From an uncultured Chloroflexia bacterium (GTDB lineage: Bacteria; Chloroflexota; Limnocylindria; Limnocylindrales; CSP1-4), in contig CAVYIM010000003.1 of NCBI GenBank assembly GCA_963768655.1, positions 64,001-128,000 of the forward strand: DNA of 64,000 nt, written 5' to 3'. Both the position numbers and the translations under genes were made by a program. The notes beneath the pieces are model-generated. The model was not told the origin of the DNA. It did no database searches and was given only the letters and a program-made list of their open reading frames with translations. Position 1 is the first letter of the stretch. Each line of letters opens with the position of its first letter. This document shows, piece after piece, positions 48,505 through 58,849 of the stretch.

Positions 48505-49752
48505 ATGAGCTCTCGAAAGCGCATGCCCATCTCCCGGGCACGCTGGCTCGTGCTCGGGCTGTTCGTCGTGCTCGTCGCGCTCGCCGTGGTGGCATGCGCC
48601 GACGCGGGCACGGCCGGCTCCAGCTCGGGACCGTCGGCCGGCGCCGCCGCCTCGGCGATCGCTTCGCCTGGAACCAGTGGGTTGCCCGCGACCTCTCCGT
48701 CCCCCAGCCCCACGCCCGCGCCACTGGAGGCGGCCGCCCCGACCGACCCGTTCAGCTTCCTCAGCTGGCTCTTCACGCCCATCTTCCAGGCCCTCTTCAT
48801 CCTGCTGACCTGGCTGTACGTGATCACGGGCAATGTCCTGATAGCGATCGTGCTCCTGACGCTGATCATCCGGTTGGCGACCGTCAAGCTCTCGGCCCGC
48901 CAGCTCGCCTCCCAGCAGCGCATGATGCGTTTGCAGCCCGAGCTCAAGAGCCTGCAAAAAGAGCTCCAGCGGCGCTACAAGGGCGATCGCCAGGCCGTAT
49001 ATCAAGCCCAGCAGGAGTTCTACAAGGAACGAGGCGTCAGCCCGACCGCCGGCTGCCTGCCGAGCGTGCTGCAGATGGGGATGCTCATCCCCATGTACTC
49101 GGTCATCCGCATCGGACTGACCAACTTCGATCCAAATGCGATGCTGAGCGTCTTCGGCCAGAAGGTCGTGCCGCTCACGTGCCCGAACCCCGCCCACTAC
49201 GTGGCCGGCGTGCTGGACAAGTCCCTGCCGTGCATCAACACGGTCATCGCGGGCATCGACATGGGCAAGGAGCAGGTCCTCTTCAACCTCCCGGTGTTCG
49301 GCGTCTTCACCCTGGGAGTGAGCGCCCTAGCTCTCGCCGCCGCGGCCGTCCAGATGGTCCAGAGCCGGATGATGATGCCGCCGAACGCCGAGAACGATCC
49401 CTCGGCCAGCACCCAGCGCAGCATGATGATCTTCATGCCCCTTATCTCGATCCTGTACGGCGGGATCCTCCCCGCCGGCTTGTTCATCTACTGGATCACG
49501 ACTTCGCTGTTCTCGGTCGTGCAGCAGTTCCTGATCGTCGGATGGGGCGCGTTGTTCCCGATCTTCGGACGGACCCCGGGATTCGCGCGAAACTACACAC
49601 CAAGGTTCCCGGTCACCATGCCCGAGCCAGTGAACGCAGGCAAGTCGCTGGCCGCAACCCGGTACAAGCCGGAGGAGCGGTGGGCATCGGCGGCCTCAAC
49701 GGTTCGGCCAAATACGCACCGGCGATCGAGCCGGCGAGGGAGACGACGCTGA
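48505..49752 (+). CDS. yidC: Membrane protein insertase YidC with a lipoprotein-like signal
   Basis: AIVLLTLIIRL, LQPELK, GCLP.VLQM and LPAGLFIYW..QQ. LAVVAC lipobox. Confidence 0.95.
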   Translation: MSSRKRMPISRARWLVLGLFVVLVALAVVACADAGTAGSSSGPSAGAAASAIASPGTSGLPATSPSPSPTPAPLEAAAPTDPFSFLSWLFTPIFQALFILLTWLYVITGNVLIAIVLLTLIIRLATVKLSARQLASQQRMMRLQPELKSLQKELQRRYKGDRQAVYQAQQEFYKERGVSPTAGCLPSVLQMGMLIPMYSVIRIGLTNFDPNAMLSVFGQKVVPLTCPNPAHYVAGVLDKSLPCINTVIAGIDMGKEQVLFNLPVFGVFTLGVSALALAAAAVQMVQSRMMMPPNAENDPSASTQRSMMIFMPLISILYGGILPAGLFIYWITTSLFSVVQQFLIVGWGALFPIFGRTPGFARNYTPRFPVTMPEPVNAGKSLAATRYKPEERWASAASTVRPNTHRRSSRRGRRR

Positions 49753-49753
49753 C

Positions 49754-50890
49754 ATGAGTAGCTTCCGCGACGCATACCGCGAGTTCACCGGCAAGACCCC
49801 AGAGGAGGCCCTCAAGGCGGCTCGCGACGAATTCGGTGTGGACCTGAACGAGCTCGACTTCGAGATCCTGACGCCCGGCAGCCGCGGCGTCCTTGGCATG
49901 GGCGCCGAGCCGGCCCGCGTCCTTGCGGCGCCCCGATCCGCGCTCGGCGGCTCCGCCCCCAAGCGTGAGGCCGCGGCCCAGGTTCCGCTGCCGCCCCCGC
50001 CCGCCCGCGACCGCGACCGCGAGGATCGCCCACGTCACGACCGCGGCTTCGACCGTGGCGGCCGTCCCGCGTGGGGCGACCGGGGCGGTGAGCGCGGTGG
50101 CTTCGATCGAGACCGCGGCGGCGATCGCGGCGGCGATCGCGCCCCGGGTGGCTTCGATCGAGACCGCAGTCCGCGACCGCCCCGCCCCGAAGGCGCTCCG
50201 ATGCGCGGTGGATCGCCCCGCCCGGGTGGCGGTCGTCCGGACCGTGGTCCCGGCGGCGGGCAATTCGACCGCGACCGTGGCCGCCGCCCCGACGGTGGAG
50301 CGCGCCCCCCGCGCCCGGATGGCCGGCCTGCACCGCAGGCCGCGCTGACCGCCAAGGAGCTCGAGGAAGTGGCGGCCGCGCGCGTCGCCCCGCCCATCGA
50401 GCGGCCCGAGTCCGCCGAGGTCACGCCCGAGGCCATGGCCGCGGCCAAGGAGATCCTCGAGAACCTCATGGCCCAGCTCGATTTCCACGTTCGCGTGGAG
50501 ATCAAGGCCGGCGAGACGAACCGCCTCAACGTGGTCGGCGAGGGTGCCGAGAAGGAATTGCTCGGCGCGCTGATCGGGCGCAAGGGCGAACGGCTCTCCG
50601 CTCTGCAGCACCTCGTGAATCTCCTGCTGTCGAAGAAGGTCGGCGAGTGGACGCGAATCCTCGTCGACGTGGAGGACTATCGCGGCCGTCGCGAGCGTCA
50701 ACTCCGCGACCTGGCCAATCGCGCCGCCGAGCGCGTGCTGGAAACTGGCAAGATGCTCCAGCTCGAGCCGATGCCGGCACTCGAAAGGCGCTGGATCCAC
50801 CTCGCCCTGCGCGACCACGACAAGGTGGCCACGCAATCAATCGGCGAAGAGCCAAATCGTCGCGTGGTGGTGCTCCCACGAGAGCTCTAG
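49754..50890 (+). CDS. jag: RNA-binding protein Jag/EloR/KhpB
   Basis: Jag_N (FTGKTPEEA..G..GMG), KH (LIGRKGERL.ALQ) and R3H (LEPMPALERRWIH..GEEPNR) domains. Confidence 0.95.
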   Translation: MSSFRDAYREFTGKTPEEALKAARDEFGVDLNELDFEILTPGSRGVLGMGAEPARVLAAPRSALGGSAPKREAAAQVPLPPPPARDRDREDRPRHDRGFDRGGRPAWGDRGGERGGFDRDRGGDRGGDRAPGGFDRDRSPRPPRPEGAPMRGGSPRPGGGRPDRGPGGGQFDRDRGRRPDGGARPPRPDGRPAPQAALTAKELEEVAAARVAPPIERPESAEVTPEAMAAAKEILENLMAQLDFHVRVEIKAGETNRLNVVGEGAEKELLGALIGRKGERLSALQHLVNLLLSKKVGEWTRILVDVEDYRGRRERQLRDLANRAAERVLETGKMLQLEPMPALERRWIHLALRDHDKVATQSIGEEPNRRVVVLPREL

Positions 50891-51130
50891 ACAATTCCAG
50901 CCCGGGCATCGACCGGCGATCGTCGTTGAGCCAGTCTCGGGCTGCGGGCTCCCTCTTTGGGGAGTAGCAAACGATATCGGCACGCTCAATTATCATGTGG
51001 ACGACGGCGTCACGGAGGCGCCAGGTCGTGCGTCTATCGCGCGGCCGGGCGTGACCTCCCGGTCTAACCAGCCCCTGCCGTCCAGCGCCGCCCCCACCAC
51101 GAACCAATCGGCGCGACAGAAGGAACGATT

Positions 51131-53395
51131 ATGACCTGGGACACCCGCGAGCCAAGGAACCAAGCCAAGCCCGGTGCGTCGCAGCCTCAGGGCTGGGACG
51201 GCCCGAGCTGGTGGGACGAATCGGGCACTCCGGCCCGGAAGACGGCGTCAGCGGTCCGTTCTGCTCCGACCGGACAGTCGATCCGCGGTACCGCCACCAC
51301 GTTGCCGCCCACCAACGGTTCCGGCAACGGCTCAAACGGGTCGGCCGCGATGGCGAAGGCCGGGGCTGTGGGGGCCAGTCGCGCCAGGTCTCGCTCGACG
51401 TCTCGGCCGCGCTCCGGGGTGACCACCGCCACCTTGCGGTTCGTGGTCGGTTTCAGCCTTGGAGTGTTCGGCGCACTCATCCTTGCCACCGTCGCCGTCC
51501 TCGGTCTTACGCGGGCGTACGACGGCAAGATCATGCCCGGTGTTCACGCGGGAACGGTGGATGTTTCGGGGCTCACCCGGGACGAGGCGATCGCCGCCAT
51601 CGATTCCGCGTATGCGTCCCTTGGCCAGGGCCAGGTCACGATCACCACGCCGACCGGGACCGGCACCATCACTTACGCGGACGCCGGGCGAGGCCCCGAC
51701 TCCGCCGCCATGGCGGATGCGGCTCTGTCGGTCGGCCACGGCGACAACCCCGTTTCCAGCGTCACCTCTGCCATCCGCACCTTCGCGGGTGGCGTCGACA
51801 TCCCGGTGATCGTCAAGCTGGATCCGATGGCCCTCGAGACCAGGCTCCACGAGATAACGGGCTCGACCCAGGACCCGCCCACGGACGCCAGCGTCGCCGT
51901 CAACGGCACCAACTTCACAGTCGTCCCTGGCACGGCTGGCCGCGGCCTCGATGAGACCACCATCGCGACCGGACTGATCGACCAGCTGGCCAGTCCCGAT
52001 GCCCCAAGCCAGGTTCAGGTCGGTGGCAAGTTCATCACCGTCCAGCCGAACGTGACCGACGCGGACGCCCAGGCGGCAATCGACAGCGCCAACAAGATGT
52101 CGGTCGATGTCACGTTGACGTACGACACCAAGACCTGGACGATCGACGCGGCAACCATCCGCAGCTGGATCATCTTCGGCGACCGAAGCGACGGAACCTA
52201 CGGCCCGGTGATCAATCCGGCGCTGGTCAAGACCTACGTCAGTACTCTGTCGTCGGACGTCAACGTCGCTCCCGTCGAGCCCAACGTCATCTACACAAGT
52301 GACAAGCCGACGGGTGTCACCGCCGGCAAGGCCGGCGTCACGCTCGACGTGGACGGCACTTCCCAGGCCATCGAGGCCTACCTGGACGATCTCGCGACGG
52401 GGACCGCGAATTCGAGCACCACCGTGGCGCTCGTCGCGGACGTGACCCAGCCGACGCTCACCAACAACCCCACGCTCACCGGCTTCGTGATCATCGGCGA
52501 CTGGCACGTCACGTACTTCCCCGGTGAGTCCAACGGCTACGGGGTGAACATCGCCCTGCCGGCCAGCATTCTGAACGGCCAGGTGGTCGCCCCCGGCGCC
52601 CAGTTCAACTTCCTGGATCGCGTCGGGCCGATCAGCCTGGCCACCGGCTGGAAGATGGGCGGCGTCATCCTGAACGGGGCGAGCAACCACACCGGCGCCG
52701 TCGGCGGCGGCATCTGCTCGGCATCCACGACCATGTTCAACGCCGCGGCGCGGGCGGGCCTGGAGATCGACGAGCGGCACGCGCACTTCTACTACATCAA
52801 CCGCTACCCCGTCGGTCTCGACGCGACCGTCTACTCCAACGGCACGACCACCTGGAACCTGCGCTGGACCAACGACACTCCGTACCCGATCGTCATCAGG
52901 GCCTTCGTGACCGGCGGCTCAACGAAGAAGAACATCTGGGTGCAGCTGTGGAGCCTGCCGAACGGGCGCGTCACTACCTTCTCACCGACGAATCCCGTCG
53001 AAACCAACGTGGTCAAGGCCACCGACACCACCGAGTACGTTTCCGCCCTGCCGCCCGGCGAGAAGAGTCCCTACCGCTTCGAGTATCCGACGAACGGTTT
53101 CAACACCGTCGTGACCCGCACGGTCAAGGACTCGACCGGCGCCATCATCCACTCCGACACGTGGTATTCCAAGTACGGCGTGGTGAACGGCCTGCTGGCG
53201 TACAAGGGCACGCCACCGCCGTCGAAGTCGCCGACGCCGACCCCGGGCGCGCCCACGCCGACGCCGAAGTCGCCGACGCCGACGCCCGCGCCCACGCCCA
53301 CGCCCACGTCCTCCGCCCTTCTCCCGCTGACATTTCTCCCGCTGCTGGTCCTGCTGGTGCCGGTCCTGCGGCAGCGGCGGCTCCTCCGCAAGTAG
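51131..53395 (+). CDS. VanW family cell-wall protein with YoaR/PG-binding repeats
   Basis: GKIMPGVHAGTVDVSGLTRDEA, LNGQVVAPGAQFNF, GGGICSASTT.FNA, ERHAH..Y.RYPVGLDAT. N-terminal TM and a hydrophobic/basic C-terminal tail. Confidence 0.92.
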   Translation: MTWDTREPRNQAKPGASQPQGWDGPSWWDESGTPARKTASAVRSAPTGQSIRGTATTLPPTNGSGNGSNGSAAMAKAGAVGASRARSRSTSRPRSGVTTATLRFVVGFSLGVFGALILATVAVLGLTRAYDGKIMPGVHAGTVDVSGLTRDEAIAAIDSAYASLGQGQVTITTPTGTGTITYADAGRGPDSAAMADAALSVGHGDNPVSSVTSAIRTFAGGVDIPVIVKLDPMALETRLHEITGSTQDPPTDASVAVNGTNFTVVPGTAGRGLDETTIATGLIDQLASPDAPSQVQVGGKFITVQPNVTDADAQAAIDSANKMSVDVTLTYDTKTWTIDAATIRSWIIFGDRSDGTYGPVINPALVKTYVSTLSSDVNVAPVEPNVIYTSDKPTGVTAGKAGVTLDVDGTSQAIEAYLDDLATGTANSSTTVALVADVTQPTLTNNPTLTGFVIIGDWHVTYFPGESNGYGVNIALPASILNGQVVAPGAQFNFLDRVGPISLATGWKMGGVILNGASNHTGAVGGGICSASTTMFNAAARAGLEIDERHAHFYYINRYPVGLDATVYSNGTTTWNLRWTNDTPYPIVIRAFVTGGSTKKNIWVQLWSLPNGRVTTFSPTNPVETNVVKATDTTEYVSALPPGEKSPYRFEYPTNGFNTVVTRTVKDSTGAIIHSDTWYSKYGVVNGLLAYKGTPPPSKSPTPTPGAPTPTPKSPTPTPAPTPTPTSSALLPLTFLPLLVLLVPVLRQRRLLRK

Positions 53396-53446
53396 GCGGT
53401 TCTCACCCAGACACGGCACGAGCCGGCGCGAACAGCGCCGGCTCCT

Positions 53447-54808
53447 CTATTTGGGCGCGACCCGGGCGGCCGCGGCGTCGGTGGCCGTAGCCCCCGTCGC
53501 GGGCGTGACTCCGGCGGCCGTGGCCCCGGCGGCAGCCGTAGCTCGATCGCCCTGCCCCGCCTCGTAGCCCAGCAACTGCGGGAAGCGCCGCAGCACCGCG
53601 GCCAGGCCCACCAGGCACAGCACGCCACCGGAGACCACCGAGAACTGCGGCCCGGCGATGGCGGAGACGGCCGCCGCCTCGGCGTCGCCCAGGCGCGGTC
53701 CGCTCGTGACCACCAGTGTGTGGATCGACATCAGGCGGCCCCGCAGCGGGTCTGGCGTCTCGAGCTGGACGATCGTGGAGCGCAGCACGGCGCTGATGAC
53801 GTCGGCGCCGCCCGCCGCGGCCAGGCACAGCAGCGCCAGCGGGAAGCTCGCCGCCAGGAGGCCGAAGGCGGCGATCGCGGCGCCCCAGCCGGCCACGGAC
53901 ACCGCCACTCCCCGCCCGGGGTGCCGAGCGTGGGCCGTCCAGCCGGTCAGCGCCGAGCCCACCAGCGCGCCCAGGGCCGGCGCCGCGGTCAGCAGCCCGT
54001 AGCCGGCCGTGCCCACGTTGAAGACCGTAAGGGCGAGCTGCGGGAAGAGCGAGCTCGGCATGCCGAAGATCATCGCGTCGAGGTCTATGACGAAGGTGGC
54101 CAGCACGATCTTGCGCGATCGGGCGAAGCGGAGCCCCTCGGCCACGGAACGGAGACTCGGGCGGGGGGCCTCGGGGTGAGGCGGGATCGGGGCGATCAGC
54201 AGGGCCCCCGCGATCGCGGCCATGAACGTCGCCACGTCGAACGAGAAGGCCCAGCCCGCTCCGGCCAGCGCGACGAGGACGCCGCCGAAAACCGGCCCGA
54301 CGACGGAGACGGTCTGGGAGCTGAGCGAGTTGACGGCGATGGCGGCCTGGAGCCGCTCCCTGGGGACGAGCCTCGGGATCGCTGACGAACGCGTTGGGGC
54401 GTCCACGGCGCCGATCCCGGCGGCCACGAAGGCAACGACGTAGAAGCCCCACAGCGGCGGGGCGGGCAGGAACGCCAGGAAGGCCAGCATGGCGCTGGTT
54501 GCCGCCAGGCTCACCTGAGTGACGAGCAGCAGCTTGCGCCGGTCGACGGCGTCGGCAACAGCGCCGCCGCCGAGTGCGAAGACGAGAATCGGGACCAGCT
54601 GGATGATCGCCAGCAGGCCGATCGCAAGGGGATTCCTCGTCAAATTCCAGAGTTCGAGCGGCAGGACGACGATGGTGACCTGCCGGCCGACGCCGCTGAC
54701 CAGCTGGCCGAGCCACATCATCCGGAAGTCGCGGTCGCGCCTGACCGGTTCCAGATCGACCAGCAGGCCCCGCAGTCGCGTGCGTCGGGTCGGAGGCTTG
54801 AGGGACAT
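53447..54808 (-). CDS. MFS transporter (EntS/DUF894-like)
   Basis: RDFRMMWLGQLVS, GAVADAVDRRK, TPDPLRGR and GPRLGD. Start inferred from TATCCT 7 nt upstream. Confidence 0.9.
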   Translation of the reverse strand: MSLKPPTRRTRLRGLLVDLEPVRRDRDFRMMWLGQLVSGVGRQVTIVVLPLELWNLTRNPLAIGLLAIIQLVPILVFALGGGAVADAVDRRKLLLVTQVSLAATSAMLAFLAFLPAPPLWGFYVVAFVAAGIGAVDAPTRSSAIPRLVPRERLQAAIAVNSLSSQTVSVVGPVFGGVLVALAGAGWAFSFDVATFMAAIAGALLIAPIPPHPEAPRPSLRSVAEGLRFARSRKIVLATFVIDLDAMIFGMPSSLFPQLALTVFNVGTAGYGLLTAAPALGALVGSALTGWTAHARHPGRGVAVSVAGWGAAIAAFGLLAASFPLALLCLAAAGGADVISAVLRSTIVQLETPDPLRGRLMSIHTLVVTSGPRLGDAEAAAVSAIAGPQFSVVSGGVLCLVGLAAVLRRFPQLLGYEAGQGDRATAAAGATAAGVTPATGATATDAAAARVAPK

Positions 54809-54997
54809 GGCGCGAAGGATATGCGACGTCTGTCGAGCCGACACGATGCGGCGGGGTCGAGCGTCTGAAGGCTCGCCCCGACGACTTGCCGCCGGGAACA
54901 GCGGGGGCGGGCTTGATCATCGGGTCAAGAGGAACGAGACTCCCTGCAGCACGCGGGGCAGGCCTGCAGGGGCTCAATCGGCGACAGGGAGGCCGAG

Positions 54998-56851
54998 ATG
55001 AAGTCGGGCTTGGGCAAGGGCGGTCCAAATCGGGATCGGGCCTATTACGAGCCTCCACGGTCTGCCATCGGGCGGATCGAGGCCCACATCGAGGAGATCC
55101 GGGGCGACGAGCCCGAGCCGGCGCCGCCTCCGACGAGGCGAATGGCACTCAGCCGAGTGGTATTGCGCCACCGTCCGGCGCTTGCTGCCGGTCTGGGCGC
55201 GATAGCGGTGCTCGTTGCCGTGGTGGTCATGGGCCCCGGCCTTCGTTCCCATCAGGCGACCCAGCCGACACTCGGCCCGGCGGCGACCCCGGCGGAGATC
55301 GCGCTCGTCACTGAGGTTCCGACGCCGCTCCCGTCTGTGAACGACCTGACTGCGCCCAGCCCCACTTTGTTGCCGACGCCGACCCTGACGCCGTCTCCAA
55401 CGCCGATCCTGATCTGGACTGCAGCCCCGCGGTGGACGCCTCCACCCACGCCGAACCCCACGCCTACGCCGAAGCCCACACCAGCGCCCACGCCGTGGAT
55501 GGCGAAGGGCTGGCCGGTAGCCCTACCAAATGGTGTCTTGAGTGTCGACAGTTACGAGTACTCCTCGGGCGACATGGTGGTCGGCCCGGATGGCACGGTC
55601 TACATCCCCACCATTGCCGCGCTCAGCTCCACGGGCCATTCCCGCAGCGGGTGGCTCCGGTTGCCGGATGGCGACTACGGAACGCCCGTCGCATTTGGGA
55701 CGGACGGCACGATCTACGCGACCGACTACGACAACAGCAGCACGGACACGGGGTCGCTCTACTCCTTTGCCGCGGACGGGAAGTCGCACGCCGGTTGGCC
55801 GATTACCGTCGGCACTCAGGCGACATTCGAGGCGGGACCGTCGGGCAGCGTGTATGTCTTCGACGATGACGGAACCTCGTACACCGTCACCGTGCTGGCT
55901 CCGACCGGCAAGACCATCGCGACGTGGACCCTCGGCGCCGACGCGACCGGCACGTGCGGAAATGTGATCCGGCCGGACGGGACTCTGCTCTACGCGTATT
56001 CCCCGGACAATTCGGGCACCGACTGCGAAGTGGATGTCTACGGCCCGACCGGCAACCGCCTGTCCAAGAGCCCGGCCCGAGGTTGGGACGGACTGACGAT
56101 GGCTCCCGACGGCACAGTCGTCGCGGTGGGCTACGACATGGAGCCATACGACAGCTCGGTCGTCGCCCAGACCCGGGTGGCCGTGATCGGGGCCGACGGT
56201 CTTCCGGCGGCAGGCTGGCCCATCGCCCTGCAGGGGAAAGCCTCAGCCCCGTCGTTCGGGCCGGACGGGACCATGTACCTGGCTCTGGCGGGCGTCGGCA
56301 CGTCGCCGTCCCAGGTCGTTGCCTACGATGCGGCCGGGGCCGTCAAGACTGGCTGGCCGACCGACCTACCCTCGGGCTATGGGCCATTCGCCGGCGGCGA
56401 GGCGCCCGTGATCGGGAACGACGGGACCGTCTACGAGGCAGCGACCAAGAGTGATTGGACGGGCGTGGTGGTGGCGTTCGATCCTTCGGGCAAAGTCCTG
56501 CCAGGGTGGCCCTATGTGCTTCCCCAGGCCTTCTCCAATTTCGACGGCGGGAGCCCGTCGTGGGGCGGGCCGGACATGGTGAACCCGGGTCCGATGTTCG
56601 CCCCATCGTCGTCGGGCGGGGGCCTGCTCTACCTGGCCCTCGACGGGGAGGCGGTGGCGCTGGGCCACGACGGGAAAGTGGCTTCGGGCTGGCCGTACAT
56701 GCTGCCCGGTAAGGATGAGGATTCCTGCTACTGGGAGCAGTGGGCGGCCATGCCGGATGGGGGACTGGTTCTGGTAACCGAAACCGGGACGGACCAGGGC
56801 ACCGAGACTGACGTGCTGCGCCTGACACCGGCCGGCACGTTGCTCCACTGA
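54998..56851 (+). CDS. Membrane-anchored beta-propeller protein with GWP repeats
   Basis: TM helix, PT-rich stalk, and repeated G.DGTVY and (A/P)GWP motifs. Confidence 0.8.
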   Translation: MKSGLGKGGPNRDRAYYEPPRSAIGRIEAHIEEIRGDEPEPAPPPTRRMALSRVVLRHRPALAAGLGAIAVLVAVVVMGPGLRSHQATQPTLGPAATPAEIALVTEVPTPLPSVNDLTAPSPTLLPTPTLTPSPTPILIWTAAPRWTPPPTPNPTPTPKPTPAPTPWMAKGWPVALPNGVLSVDSYEYSSGDMVVGPDGTVYIPTIAALSSTGHSRSGWLRLPDGDYGTPVAFGTDGTIYATDYDNSSTDTGSLYSFAADGKSHAGWPITVGTQATFEAGPSGSVYVFDDDGTSYTVTVLAPTGKTIATWTLGADATGTCGNVIRPDGTLLYAYSPDNSGTDCEVDVYGPTGNRLSKSPARGWDGLTMAPDGTVVAVGYDMEPYDSSVVAQTRVAVIGADGLPAAGWPIALQGKASAPSFGPDGTMYLALAGVGTSPSQVVAYDAAGAVKTGWPTDLPSGYGPFAGGEAPVIGNDGTVYEAATKSDWTGVVVAFDPSGKVLPGWPYVLPQAFSNFDGGSPSWGGPDMVNPGPMFAPSSSGGGLLYLALDGEAVALGHDGKVASGWPYMLPGKDEDSCYWEQWAAMPDGGLVLVTETGTDQGTETDVLRLTPAGTLLH

Positions 56852-56860
56852 GCGTCGCTG

Positions 56861-57583
56861 CTAATCGGTCCTCCGGCGCGCCAGGACGATCGAGACGCAG
56901 ACGAACCACAGCAGCAAGCTCAGGAGCGACGCCCATTCGAGCAGCGGCACAGTCCAGATCGCACTGCGCCCGATGATGTGCGCGTCCGGGTCGACCGGTC
57001 GATAGGTCGAATAGACCGCCAGGAAGACGAAGAAGATGGCGACCGAGATCGCGCCCGGGACGAGGAGCCAGCGCGGAAGGCCCGACTGTCGGTGCCGGGC
57101 GAGCCAGACGCTGAAGACGGCCACGACGATCCAGCCGGTGCAGAAGAAGACGCCCGAGACCAGGCGATGAACGGCGTGGGTGTCCATCGGGAAGATGCCG
57201 ACGAGCGCGCCGGAGGTGCCGGCCACGATCCCCGCCAGCATGAGCGCGGGGCGGTAGCGGCCCGTCAGGCGGCGCGACAGGATCAGCAGGAACAGGCCCA
57301 GGCCGATGGCACCTATCACGATCCCGGCGTTGAACACCGGCGCCAGCTGCGACCGGCCCGTCTCGCCCAGCTCGGAGATGAAATGGTTCAGCGGCGAGTA
57401 GCCCTCGCCGGCGTACCCGACGTACGGGATTGCCGTGACAAGCGCGCCGAGCAGGATCACCGTCGAGCCGGCGACGCCCAGAAGTCCAGCACTGCGCGGC
57501 GACACGTGGAAGGGATCGCTTCTACCAGCCGCGGCCCGAGCCGCCTGGCCTGCTCCCCCGTCCGTCGCCTCAGGCAAAGACAT
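56861..57583 (-). CDS. DUF998 family membrane protein
   Basis: GYSPLNHFISELGE, GIFPMD..H and LLEW. Confidence 0.85.
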   Translation of the reverse strand: MSLPEATDGGAGQAARAAAGRSDPFHVSPRSAGLLGVAGSTVILLGALVTAIPYVGYAGEGYSPLNHFISELGETGRSQLAPVFNAGIVIGAIGLGLFLLILSRRLTGRYRPALMLAGIVAGTSGALVGIFPMDTHAVHRLVSGVFFCTGWIVVAVFSVWLARHRQSGLPRWLLVPGAISVAIFFVFLAVYSTYRPVDPDAHIIGRSAIWTVPLLEWASLLSLLLWFVCVSIVLARRRTD

Positions 57584-57909
57584 CCACCAACTGGCCCAGC
57601 TGGCTGCCCGAGGTCGAGGCGGTTTCGCGGTAGCGCGACAGCGGATCCCAGCCGGAGAGAGCCCGTCGCAGCACGGGCGTGGGATCGAGCGTGAAGTCGG
57701 CTGCGGCGGTGGGCTGTTCGGCCGACCGTAGCGCCTCGAAGGCGACGTTCGCCCGGCTCATCGCCTCGCTCGTGGCGGGGTTGACGTCCGGATGTAGGTG
57801 GCGGACGAGGATTCGGTAGGCGCCCTGGACGGCCTCGAAATCCAGCCGAGGGATCGAGCCCGAACGTCCGATAGTGATCGAGCGTGGAGAGCGCCAGGGT
57901 TGAGGCCAT
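57570..57909 (-). pseudogene. Frameshifted small J-domain (DnaJ-like) gene
   Basis: The first frame gives DHYRTFGLDPSA. The +1 frame continues FEAVQGAYRILVRHLHPDVNP..MSRANVAFEAL (HPD at 57786-57794). Shift near 57843. Confidence 0.8.
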
Positions 57910-58231
57910 CACCACTTCCGGCAGGGGAAAAGCAGATCCGATTCCCTGTATTCAGAGCTTACCAGAGCGCCCCCGACAAAGGGTCCGCCAGATGCCGTAG
58001 GTCCCCGATCGAACCGGTTAAGCGGTGCCTTCACGCTCCAGCCGGACCGACCCGAAGACAGGTCAGCCGGATCCACGGTGTGGGCTTAGGGGGCCGATTG
58101 ACAACCCGAACTTAATATGCAGAGGGTTTGATCGGGCGTGCGACCAGACCATACTCGGCCCACGCCGGCCATTGCTGAAACCAGCCCCGGCTCGGGGATG
58201 GGCCGCTTCGCCGGCGGGGGAGGTGAAACAG

Positions 58232-58741
58232 ATGACAGGTCCCGCACCCACCACGGGCCGCACCACCACCGGCCGTGGTCCACGACGGCGCAGTGCCGCC
58301 GCCAGCGCCGCTCCCGCAGCCGCGCCCATGGCTCCGGTAGCTGCTCCTGCTCCTGCCGTCCCAACGAACTCGGTCATGATTCCTGCCACGGTCGTGGCAA
58401 CTCCGGTCGCGCCGGTCGTGCATGCCCCTCGCGAATACATGGCCGTCTTGTACGGCTTGATCGTCGTGGTCGCCGGTTTCGCGACCATTCTCATCGCGCT
58501 GTGGCTGGTCTTGATCAACATCAAGAGTCTCACCGACCCGACAGCCTTCCTGGGCATGATCGTGATCGCGATTGCCGGCCTGGGCGGCGCCTTCTTCGGC
58601 GTTGCCCTCGGATTGCAGGGCGTAGTGAACGCGAACAAGGAGCGAGCGGCTGCGGAGGCGGCCAAGGACGTCGTGCAGCAACGCGCCGAGCGCTACCTCG
58701 CCAACCTCGACCCGGAGGTCGCCAAGACCCTCGTCAAGTAG
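58232..58741 (+). CDS. Hypothetical membrane protein (two TM helices, Ala/Pro-rich N-terminus)
   Basis: Strong GGAGGTGA SD and two hydrophobic helices. Confidence 0.8.
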   Translation: MTGPAPTTGRTTTGRGPRRRSAAASAAPAAAPMAPVAAPAPAVPTNSVMIPATVVATPVAPVVHAPREYMAVLYGLIVVVAGFATILIALWLVLINIKSLTDPTAFLGMIVIAIAGLGGAFFGVALGLQGVVNANKERAAAEAAKDVVQQRAERYLANLDPEVAKTLVK

Positions 58742-58849
58742 CCGAGCGATCGGCTGCCCCAGTGTCACCGACGCCAGGCCCGTCCCGTCCGTGGCCTGGC
58801 GTTTCGGTGTCCGGCGACCGGCCGGGCGCCCCACAGTCGCGGGCAAGAA

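Noticed and set aside
50891-51130. c-di-AMP or c-di-GMP riboswitch upstream of the VanW gene
   Set aside because: Hairpins are present but the conserved cores (GCUGAAUCC/CAGCUAACC, or GGCAAA/GCAAAG) are missing.
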